DNA of 64,000 nucleotides from Antedon mediterranea. Taxonomy: Eukaryota > Animalia > Echinodermata. The first letter of the stretch is position 1. Each line of letters opens with the position of its first letter. The stretch covers positions 7,440,001 to 7,504,000 of the forward strand of contig NC_092674.1 of NCBI RefSeq assembly GCF_964355755.1. The letters are read 5' to 3'. Position numbers and translations under genes: made by a program. Below, in pieces: positions 1-11,100 of this stretch. A model generated the notes under the pieces. It had not been told where the DNA came from, searched no databases, and saw only the letters and a program-made list of their open reading frames with translations.

Positions 1-1539
1 TTAATTTTTTTATTTATTTTTTTTTTCGTTCAGAATTTGTTTCTGTGTAGGAAGGGAGATGCTTTTTTCAGAGTAGTAGCATTCTTAGTTACTAATATGG
101 TGTTAACGCTTGCTTTTTGTTGAATGTCTTCAGATGTTTCTTCTAGTCATCATCAAAACAAATTAATATAATCACCATATTGTATTGATCTCTCTAATTA
201 ATTTTAGATGTGTAATAATTTATCTAAAATGTATATTTCTCAATATTACCTTTACTTTATAAATTTTGTAAAATACATTTATAATATGCCTTCTTATTGA
301 AAGCGTCGTTACATATCGTGCGTCTCAAATTTGTTCTCTTTTGTGTGCGTGTTTTTTTTTTTAGCAGTACGTATTGTGTCTTTCTTAAAAGATTTAAAAT
401 TGAAAAACACGTAGAATATGAAATTCATTTTGAAATAAAAAATATTGTATTTAAATGTAATAAATCTATGCATTATACATTGTGTATGTTTATTTTTGTA
501 ATATTACTTATTATATACAAAATATAACTTTACATTATAGACCTACTGTTTAAAATAAAAGAAGTAAACAGAATATTTTTAATCACAATCATTTATTATG
601 CGTGTTTGCAATTACATTTAACAAATTCAAAAACTTGTTTTCTTTTTGTAGAAATAAATTAGAAAAACATCATACAGGAGTTAAATAACACGCAAAGATC
701 AAATTTCTTTTTTATTGTTGCTGTTAAAAACAAAATTTATTTCAATACACATTCTATTGCACTACACTTTACAAAACATAATAATAATATTTCAACAGAA
801 AAGAAAACTAATTAAATTAAGTCAAGAAATAAATTTACCATGAATTAAAATAGGAAAACTACTTTTACAAAATTTACACTGACATAAATTAAGTCAAAAC
901 ATAATTAACTTATTTCATTAAACAAATCTATTGCAATACACTTCACAAACATAATACTAATAATAATAATTCAACAGAAAAGAAGAATTAAATTAAATTA
1001 ATTGTTGTTATTTTTTCCGTGTCGATTCCTTGTACCATGCTACTAACTAATTCAAAATTGACTTCCTTTGACTTTTTGAAATTTAAAGTCAATTTTTTTT
1101 TTGTATAAATAAATTAGAAAAACATCACACACGAATTAAACAACACGAAAAGAAAAAATTTCATTTTCGTTGTTGATGTTAAAAACAAAATTTATTGAAA
1201 TACACATTCTATTGTAATACACTTTACAAAACATAATAATAATAATAAAACTTTAACAGAAAAGAAATAAATTTATCATGAATTAAAATAGGAAAACTAC
1301 TTTTACAAATTTACGCTGACATAAATTAAGTCAAAACATAATTAATTTATTTCATTAAACAAATCTATTGCAATACACTTTACAAACATAATAATAATAA
1401 AAATTCAACAGAAAAGAAAACAAATTAAATTAATTCGAAAAATAAATTTACCATGAATTAAAATAGGGTAACTACTTTTACAAATTTATAATATAAAATA
1501 AATATTAGGCGAGATTTTGGTTTACGGGTTATTTTGTTA

Positions 1540-1660
1540 GGATTAGTACCCGTACCATGCTACCAACTATTTCAAAAATTGACTTCCTTTGATTTTGGAA
1601 ATTTTAAGTCAAACCTTTGATTTTGCAAACAGTTTGTCTGAATCAAAATGTATACACGTT
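1540..1660 (-). pseudogene. Protein-primed DNA polymerase B C-terminal fragment
   Basis: Reads KNNVYTF*FRQTVCKIKGLT*NFQNQRK..., resembling the pPolB motif KNYxY...TVCKVKGFTLN. A second partial copy (LTLNFKKSKEVNFELVSSMVQG) lies at ~1025-1092. Confidence 0.7.
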
Positions 1661-1901
1661 ATTTTTCCAAATCCAGTTCCCATTGTTCATTAATAGCATT
1701 TACAAGTACCCAGTTTCATTTGAATTTACGTTGAATGGATTTGTTGTGTAATGTATATGTATCTTGCTTGCACAGTCAGTCTTGAACTTGTCTCTTGGTA
1801 ATATTTAAATCGTCTTTTACATTTTGATAAAGTCGGTCCACACCACCAAAACTATCAGGATGCTTAAGATCGTAATATACTTTTCTTATGTACTCATCCA
1901 T
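1659..1901 (-). pseudogene. Polinton integrase N-terminal fragment
   Basis: Translates MDEYIRKVYYDLKHPDSFGGVDRLYQNVK...QVQD*LCKQDTYTLHNKSIQRKFK*NWVLVNAINEQWELDL, the typical c-integrase N-terminus (YYDPxxPGSFGG...QDTYTLH...QWQADL). Two in-frame stops; truncated before the catalytic core. Confidence 0.85.
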
Positions 1902-2153
1902 ACTCATTACCCTCATTCAACCAAATTAAAATTAAAAAAATAAATCAAATACTTAAATAACACGCAAAGATCAAATTTATTTTCGTTGTTGCCTTAAAAA
2001 AAAACACACAACCTTTATTTTAACACACATTCTATTTCAATATATTTTACAACCATAATAATAATAAATTTACCGAAAAGAAATAAGAATTATAAAAATA
2101 TATAACATTAGGCCTAATTAAAAATGTTATGATAATATTTAAATTTATATAAA

Positions 2154-2842
2154 TTAAAACTGGTTAAGAATCTTATTAAACAGTTCTGAATCATTTGTAA
2201 TCAACTTTATGGCTTTATCGAACGCATCAACATTCATACAACGTAAATAAACGTAGTTTAGCGCCCATTCAAAATGGGTAGCGCTATTGTCCACAAGTTT
2301 CAATGCCAGAATTGGTCGAAAAAATGTTAGGAGTTGCTCATATCTTGAGCCGTGAAAGTTATAACGTTCAACCATGTCATTCAGAATGAATATAAATTCT
2401 TCTATGAAAACCTTCTCAATTGTTCTCATTATTTCTTTGTACTTAAGTTCGGTAGTTTCTTTCTTAATTTCCGCCTCCAGCACAGGGTTCAGGTACTCCT
2501 CCGTAAACACCTCATCTTCTACCTCATTTCAACATCGGCTTTTCTTGCCAGAAATAGGTGGTAGTCACCTACCGATGACGTGTCACCATATACAATCCTC
2601 TCCTCTTCAGAAATTATTCTCGATCTATAATGATCGTCTTCTTCAGTAAACATAATATATACATTATTTAAATCAACGTTCATTGGAGGTGGGGGATGAA
2701 TCGCAGGTAAACACGTCATATCCTCCATCTCTTCCTCCTCCTCTGCTTTAAAATAGGCACCAGTCATAGCTAGTATTTCTTCGTCTTCAGATTCTGAATC
2801 ATTGCTTATATCTATAACTTCTTCTTCGACATCAGAGTCCAT
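2154..2842 (-). pseudogene. Acidic ORF of unknown function in Polinton remnant (probably one frameshifted gene)
   Basis: ORFs 2519-3019 and 2154-2510 join through a 1-nt shift near 2527 (ADVE / NEVEDEVFTEEY). Likely start MDSDVEEEVIDIS at 2842. Lies between the terminus and the integrase, on the same strand. Confidence 0.5.
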
Positions 2843-4201
2843 AGTAAAATCAATGATTTTAATCACGGAACCCATAGTAACTAGTTGTTGGTTTTTGGAT
2901 GAATATGCTAAGTCTGTCAGGCTGTAGTGTTGTGGAATGAGGTAAAGATGACAAAATATTCGAGAGTTATATACAGTCAATGGAATACATTCAGCATTTA
3001 CTAAATTTGTTTCAGCCAATTGTCATTGTTGTATTTCCTGTCGGAACATTGTGTCGAAGCGCCGTGTATCTTTTGTTTCATTAAGTAGCTTCCCCAATGT
3101 CATTCAATTTACAAAATGTCCGTTCCAAGATCATCAAACCGTTTTCCAAAAGATTATATTGTAATTACGGGAACTGTTTTAACCAATCGTAATTTTGTAT
3201 GTGGGGAAACGACGAACCGCGACACATAACTTTAAAAAAACCGCCACTGTAAATTATACTAACATACCTTTTGTTTAAATCTTTTGAAATTACCGCTACT
3301 GTAACTTATATAATACACCTTTTGTTTATATTGCCGATGTTCCTATTTGTTAAAATTTCTCGGAATTAATCAAACAAACGCATATGTACTACAATAAGCA
3401 TACTTACCCTCATTTAAATTACCTCCACTAATTCAAATATACATTGTCTAACTTCCTTACCATCGTTAACTATTGTATTTTTCAAATAAAATAACAACTC
3501 CATTGTCTTACAGTCCTTTTTTGTTTTATTTTAAAAGGAAACAAAGAATTCTTTATTTAAAACGTAAACCATTTAAATGAAAATGAAACTTAATTTTAAA
3601 ATTTCCGACAATACATGACGTCATGTAATCAAATTAAATAATACCTATATTGTTATATATCTGAAACATCACACCTATTCTATACTATCACAACAACTAT
3701 TGTTTTATTCTTCCGTAGTCATTTACTTTTCAGTACTTTGTAAAACTGGACTACAAGTTGTACAATTTATATCATACATCATATAGTAGCCAACATACTG
3801 AATTAACCCACTTTAAATGTTACCAACACAACACGATAGCATGTAACTAATTTAAATTATAATTTGTACCCTTTTTAAAAATACCGCCAAGTACATGACA
3901 AATTCAAATCTTACAACAATCTTTTACTTCCTTACCCAATGTTAACCATTGTATTATTATATCCGAAACATAACACCTATTGACTTCAACCATTGTAAAC
4001 CATTTGTTCTCATCACAAACGACTAAATCATCACCAAATATTTTTTATTTATTATTTAATAATTTTATATTATAATGTATATTAATATATAACAATTCTA
4101 TATAACAATTCTAGTGAAATGATATTCTCTATTGTCTTATACTACCCCCATTGTTAACCAATATTATAATCACGACTGACTATACCTTCAACCCCACTAC
4201 T

Positions 4202-6380
4202 AACGCCTCCTCTGCCTTCAGTTCACATTTATCATGCAGTACACACCAATCGTCATGCAGTACATACCAATGGTCATGCAGTACACACCAATCGTCATGC
4301 AGTACACACCAAACATCATGCAGTACACACCAATCGTCATGCAGTACACACCAAACGTCATGCAGTACACACCAATTGTCATGCAGTACACACCAATCGT
4401 CATGCAGTACACACCAAACATCATGCAGTACACACCAATGGTCATGCAGTCGTGCATGCAGTACACACCAAAGGTCATGCAGTACACACCAATCGTCATG
4501 CAGTACACACTAATCGTCATGCAGTACACACCAATCGTCATGCAGTGCACACCAATCGTCATGCAGTGAAATATTGCGTAATTTATACTGCCAACTATCG
4601 ACAAAATCGAATATCACGTGACGTTTATTAGACGGCTGTAAAACTAAGGCCATCGATTTTTCTTTTTCTTTTATGCTTGACATACTGTACTTATTTTAAC
4701 CGCTAAACATCTCTGTAAATGCTCTGTTTTTTATATATACAATTAATTTATTATGCGAGACACAGGCGCGGCTAGGAGGCCATTGCAATTATTGAATTCC
4801 ATAAAAGAAGTTTAAATAGTCTTGTTTTACAGCCGTCTAATAAACGTCACGTGATATTCGATTTTGTCGATAGGTGGCGGTATAAATTACGCAATATTTC
4901 ACTGCATGACGATTGGTGTGTACTGCATGACGATTGGTGTGTACTGCATGACCATTGGTGTGTACTGCATGACCATTGGTGTGTACTGCATGCACGACTG
5001 CATGACCATTGGTGTGTACTGCATGATGTTTGGTATGTACTGCATGACGATTGGTGTGTACTATGGAACGCCTCCTCTGCCTTCAGTTCACAATGGTCAT
5101 GCAGTACACACCAATCGTCATGCAGTACACACCAATGGTCATGCAGTACACACCAATGGTCATGCAGTACATACCAATGGTCATGCAGTACACACCAATC
5201 GTCGTTCACATTTATCATGCAGTACACACCAATGGTCATGCAGTACACACCAATGGTCATGCAGTACACACCAATCGTCATGCAGTACACACCAAACATC
5301 ATGCAGTACACACCAATCGTCATGCAGTACACACCAAACATCATGCAGTACACACCAATGGTCATGCAGTACACACCAATTGTCATGCAGTACACACCAA
5401 TCGTCATGCAGTACACACCAATCGTCATGCAGTGAAATATTGCGTAATTTATACCGCCACCTATCGACAAAATCGAATATCACGTGACGTTTATTAGACG
5501 GCTGTAAAACTAGGCCATCGACTCTAAGATTTCTTTTATGTTTGACATACTGTACTTATTTTAACCGCTACACATCTCTGTGAATGCTCTGTTTTTTATA
5601 TGTACAATAATTTACTATGCGAGACACAGGCGCGGCTAGGAGGCCATTGCAATTATTGAATTCCATAAAAGAAGTTTAAATAGTCTTAGTTTTACAGCCG
5701 TCTAATAAACCTCACGTGATATTCGATTTTGTCGATAGGTGGCGGTATAAATTACGCAAGATTTGACTGCATGACGATTGGTGTGTACTGCATGACAATT
5801 GGTGTGTACTGCATAATGTTTGGTGTGTACTGCATGACGATTGGTGTGTACTGCATGACGATTGGTGTGTACTGCATGATAAATGTGAACGACGATTGGT
5901 GTGTACTGCATGACAATTGGTGTGTACTGCATGACCATTGGTGTGTACTGCATGACGATTGGTGTGTACTGCATGACGATTGGTGTGTACTGCATGATGT
6001 TTGGTGTGTACTGCATGACGATTGGTGTGTACTGCATGACGATTGGTGTGTACTGCATGACCATTGGTGTGTACTGCATGACGATTGGTGTGTACTGCAT
6101 GACGATTGGTGTGTACTGCATGATAAATGTGAACTGAAGGCAGAGGAGGCGTTCCATAGTGTACTGCATGATGTTTGGTGTGTAGGCCTACTGCATGACG
6201 TTTGGTGTGTACTGCATGACGATTGGTGTGTACTGCATGATGTTTGGTGTGTACTGCATGACGCTTTGTGTGTACTGCATGACCATTGGTGTGTACTGCA
6301 TGAGGATTGGTGTGTACTGCATGACCATTGGTGTGTACTGCATGATAAATGTGAACTGAAGGCAGAGGAGGCGTTCCATA
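4202..6380. mobile_element. Non-autonomous IS3EU-like foldback element (outer copy) with 21-bp subterminal arrays
   Basis: TIR (TATGG)AACGCCTCCTCTGCCTTCAGTTCAC, then inverted arrays of CATGCAGTACACACCAATCGT and ~80-bp inner IRs around a ~175-bp core. Right end ...GCGTTCCATA at 6380; the left end lacks its first 5 bp where it abuts the Polinton terminus. Confidence 0.8.
5062..6158. mobile_element. Second copy of the same IS3EU-like element, nested in the first
   Basis: Complete TATGG...CCATA termini flanked by the 6-bp TSD GTGTAC (5056-5061 and 6159-6164); same core as 4647-4820. Confidence 0.85.
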
Positions 6381-6593
6381 CGCATGCAGCAGATTTTAAA
6401 GAGCAACAATGTCGTTGCTTATAAATTAAAGACGATAAAGTTACATATTATTGATTTTTGAATTATGTTCAGAAGATAAGATACATTTTCTTCACCAATA
6501 TTACACATGATGACTATTCACACGTGTCTTTCAATATGTTTATTTTTACCCTTTTTCTATATATTACAGTATAATGCAGACAGTTACGTATAA

Positions 6594-6753
6594 AGATCTG
6601 TCCACACTGTGAAACTAGTTTGATAACAACAATTGTGACGTGCTCAAATATGGTATTGATATGCTGAATGGTAGTGATAATATGACATCATCATGTCTAT
6701 ATATGGGCACATCACATTTTTGTCACATAAAGTTTGATAGTGTAGACAGGACT
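6594..6753. mobile_element. Harbinger-like MITE, ~150-bp family
   Basis: TIR of the type AGCTCTGTCTACACT...AGTGTAGACAGAGCT with TAA/TTA flanks. Relatives at ~31850 (split by an LTR element), 40311-40454, 49247-50018 (split) and 53553-53695. Confidence 0.65.
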
Positions 6754-7188
6754 TAAGTTTATCTAATAATGAATGTATGAGTTTTAATATATTTTTGCTT
6801 TTTGACAATCCGCCAGGATAGTGTTCTGCGTTTTTTCTCTGCTTGTTGTTGTTCTATGTAATTTATGCTTTTTATATTTTTTGTTTTATTTTTCTGGATA
6901 ATAAATGAATAATATGAATAATATAATAATAATATGGTAGAACTTCTAGTCTATCTAATGTATTTTCAGAACTTCACTTTTTAAGTTAGTAACGGTAATT
7001 AGCCATATTCCCATTGCTGTGTTTTGAGATACATAGGCCTACCAATGATACATAACAGATACATTTTATCTTACGAATTTTAAAAATAATAATATAAATA
7101 AAAGTAAAAAATGTGAGTAGAATGGTAATGCTTTGTAAACAATGATTGTAACTAGGTCTTTCTTATGATTTTTTTTTTACTTTATGTG

Positions 7189-7597
7189 TGTCATATTAAA
7201 TGTTGTGATTCTCTGTGTTTAGAGAAGGATGCTTTAGACCAGGTCCGCCTTATTATTAGCCAATCAAAATCGTATAATTTTTGGAGGGAAAATGTTATCC
7301 TCCTCTGAAGCCTAAAATTTGCATATCCAGTATAAAAGTAGAATGTAATAGATAAGATATTAGAGGAGAAGAGAGAATAAGATCAGAGTAGATAAACGGA
7401 AAGTTGATAAAGAGAATATTAAGGCTTGACTGGTAGTGATAGAAAGATGTATTAATCGAATTACAAGGAATAAAAGTTCTAGTTGAGTTAAATATACTTT
7501 TTGTATGAGTTATCATTCAGTGACAGCTGTGTACGTCGCGTGGAAATATATACGCCTGAGAAAGCTCGGAACCAACTAAAGATAAATATTCACTACA
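7189..7597 (+). repeat. 5' LTR (409 bp)
   Basis: Direct repeat of 12826-13216, differing by 5-bp and 13-bp indels and about one substitution. Confidence 0.95.
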
Positions 7598-8120
7598 TGG
7601 TGGCAGCGGTGAAAATTTTTGTTTACATGATTTAAGTATCAAGAAGAAGAAGAAGAAGTGACAGTGCCTACTCTACGGGCCTGTTAAATCAGTAACCAAA
7701 AAGTTAAATGGTTACGAAGATCTGGATTCCTGACAGTTTTTATACCGTGCGTTGTTTGGATATTACAACGAAGAAGAAGTACTGTTGAGCTCAAGAGTAA
7801 GACTGCTGGATATTCATCGGAGATACTGTATATATTCACCGAGGTCTGAAAGAAGAGGACTGAAGTAACAGAAGGAAGCCCAGTAATTTGGAGAAGATTT
7901 GCAAAGCTGACTTTGTAAACTATTTTTTATTTCGAAAGTAAATTTTTGTACGGAGCGAACTTGGAACGTTGTTTGTGACTTTGAAGTAAATTAATGTCTT
8001 ATATTGTATTGTATTTAAGAATTTATGTGGATTTCATATTAATCAAGGTAATACAAATACTTTTATAACATATTTTGTATACATAAGTTTACAGATTTCA
8101 TTAGTAAAATTGTTATTAGC

Positions 8121-11100
8121 ATGACAACTTTAAGATCGGGTAAAAATATAGATAAGACTATGTCAGACAAAGATACTAGGGAAGATATGGTTGACCAAGA
8201 AGAGGTTGACCAAGTCAATGAAATATATGATAAAATGGCTAGGGATATTGATTTGCCCGAAATACCCGGCGGTATGCCTAAAGATATGATGCTCGAATAT
8301 TTTCGAATGAAGTTCGAGGCCGAAAACAAAAAGTTAGAATACCAATTAAGATTAGAAGCAGATATAGAGCAAGGAAAAATTGAATCACAAGAAAGAGTGA
8401 AAATGATGGAATTAGAAAATAGGTCTAGCTACAGTAATGCTAGGAATATAGTAGATGAAATGAAGGTAAAGGTTCCTACTTTGAAGGAATCAGATGATAT
8501 TGATATATATTTTAGAACATTTGAACACTTGGCAGAAGCCACAGGTTGGGATAAGAATACGTGGTCTGCTAGGTTAGCACCTGAACTGTCTGGTAAAGCT
8601 AGTAGGACAGCATATGCATTCTTAACCGTAAAAGAATGTGTAGATTATGATACCTTAAAGAAGGCAATCTTAGAAAAGTATGATGTGTCTGCAGAGACCT
8701 ACAGATTTAAATTTAGAAATTCAAACAGAGTTAAAGATATGTCCATCAGGGAATGGCTGAATGAGCTCTCCCATTATTTAAAATGTTGGATGAAATGTGC
8801 TAATGTAAAAGAAGATGATGCTGCAGGCATTATTGAAATGATTATAATGGAACAGGCACTTGATAAAATGCCTGAAGATCTGAGGCTTTATCTTAGAGAT
8901 AAACAAGTAAATAAGAGCTATGATATGGCTATGATAGCCGATGATTATATAGCTAATAGAGGTGGCCGTGGCTATTGGAATGCCGTAAATTCTGAAAATA
9001 AGCCTACGTATTATAAGGGCCAAGAAAATAGTAAACCTAAGAATAGTACGACTCAGAATAACCCTGGAGATAGGCAGCAAGGATACAATAGGTATCACGG
9101 AAGGGGAGGCAAATTCCATAACTATGGTAGAAATTTCCAACAGAGAGAACCTTCAAATGAATGGATTAATGGCCTATGCTTCAATTGTAAGGAGAAGGGA
9201 CATAAAATAGAGGATTGTCCTAAGATGGTAGCAAAAGGAAAGACTAGTGACACTAAGAAGGGCCCGAATGTGAAAGATGGCTTAAGATGTGAAGAAATAA
9301 AATCAAATAGACCCCAAGTAGTTATGGATAGTGTAGAAAATAAAATGAAGAAGTGTACAATAACACGAAAATTAGAAAGACAGGATATAACTATGCTTAG
9401 AGACTCGGGATGTACCCAGTCAGCTGTTAAGGAAAGTCTAGTGCCTAACAAATGTTACTTGCCAGGAAAATGGGTTACGTTAAGAGGTATAGGAGGCGAT
9501 ATTACCGTCCCCTTAGCTGAGGTAGCTATAGAAAGTAAGATAGTGACAGGAAAAGTGATTGTAGCCGTAATCGAAGGATTACAGAGGGACATGTTATTGG
9601 GTCATGATTTGGACCAGAATTGTGGGGAAACAATGGCTAAAGAAATGTTCGTCCTAACTAGGGAGCAAGCCAGAATAGAAAATGATGTTAGAATACAAGA
9701 CGAAATGATATTGTTAGGGAAAGATAGTAACTTTAAGCCGATAGAAGAGCCGCCTAAAGAAACTAATGTACAGTTGTTGAAAAAAGTAGTAAATGACAAA
9801 AAAGTAAATAAAACTAAGTGTTTAGATGATATGAATGGAACAGAAATGAATAATTTGTTTGACGAAAATGAAGATAAAGCTAAAGATAAAACAGTCAAAC
9901 ATAAAACTTATGAACAACAGCACAAGCTGAACCTAACTAAACAAGAACTGATCAAATTGCAAACTAAGGATGACTCACTCAAAGGAGTGTTTGACAGGGT
10001 AGTCCCTATAGAAGAAATAGGTCAGCATAGGGTATGTTTCTTTATGAGACAAGGTATATTGATGAGAAATTGGAGTAGTATTAAAGATAAGAATAACCAA
10101 GTGGAACAGATTGTATTACCCACTCAGTGTAGACAGGGTGTATTACACTTAGGTCATAATGTGCTATTTGCAGGTCACATGGGTGTTGAGAAAACTAAAA
10201 GTAGGGTCCTGAACCAATTCTATTGGCCAGGTATATTTAAAGATGTGGTAGTCTATTGTAAAGTCTGTAAGGAATGCCAAAAGGTAGATAAGAGTAAAAG
10301 TAAAAGGAAACATACTTTGATACCATTACCGATTATAAGTACACCATTTAAACGTATAGCGATAGACATTGTTGGACCCTTATCTAGAACAAGCCGTAAT
10401 AACAAATATATGCTTACTATAATTGACTATGCTACGAGATATCCGGATGCTATCCCGTTACCCAATGTTAGAGCTGAAACAGTAGCCAGGGCTCTAATAG
10501 AAGTCTTTACTAGAGTAGGATTACCCGAAGAGATTGTACATGATCAAGGAACTAATTTCATGTCTTCAATTATGCAATCTATATGTAGTATGTTTGGGAT
10601 TAATCAATTAAAGACTACAGTGTACCACCCCCAAAGCAATGGGCTTGGTGAAAGATTTCACGGTACATTGAAAAATATGATAAGGACACTTACAGTTAAG
10701 CAAAGAAAAAATTGGGATAACTACATACCCCCCTTTCTGTTTGCATACAGAGAAGTTCCTAGTAAAGCGACGGGCCATTCACCTTTTAAATTGCTTTATG
10801 GTAGAGAGGTGAGGGGACCCTTGAGTTTACTCAAAAGTAATTGGGTAAAAGATGAAGAAACATCTACTGATGTTATCAAATACATGTTAGACATAAGAGA
10901 AAAAATGGAGGAATTAATGAAAGATGCTAATGTAAACAAACTTGAACAACAAGAAATTATGTCCCACAATTATAACAAGAATGCTATTGATAGAGAATTT
11001 GTAGAAGGGGACAAAGTGTTGATATTCCTTCCAGTAGGAAATAGTAAGTTAGACAGTAAATGGCAAGGCCCCTTCACTGTTACAAAAAAGGTCAATGATG

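Larger units (their letters stand above)
640..2090. repeat. Dispersed AT-rich direct repeats within the Polinton remnant
   Basis: Blocks such as AAATAACACGCAAAGATCAAATTT...CACATTCTATTGCAATACACTTTACAAAACATAATAAT recur at ~650, ~1105, ~1350 and ~1955. Confidence 0.75.
1..4201 (-). mobile_element. Polinton/Maverick remnant (internally deleted; one terminus in window)
   Basis: Minus-strand fragments of a Polinton-type integrase and protein-primed DNA polymerase B, plus an acidic ORF. Ends in ...ACCCC-ACTACT (4196-4201), the reverse complement of the AGTAGT Polinton terminus. Left boundary not seen. Confidence 0.7.

Noticed and set aside
4202-6380. CRISPR-like array
   Set aside because: Units are contiguous with no unique spacers, there are no cas genes, and the context is eukaryotic.
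4151-6424. Many overlapping repetitive ORFs (MQYTPIV / CSTHQSS / VLHDDWC)
   Set aside because: Artefacts of a stop-free 21-bp tandem unit inside TE arms, open in nearly all frames.
8778-9898. Antisense ORFs within gag-pol
   Set aside because: Shadow ORFs of a purine-biased coding strand, with no motifs.
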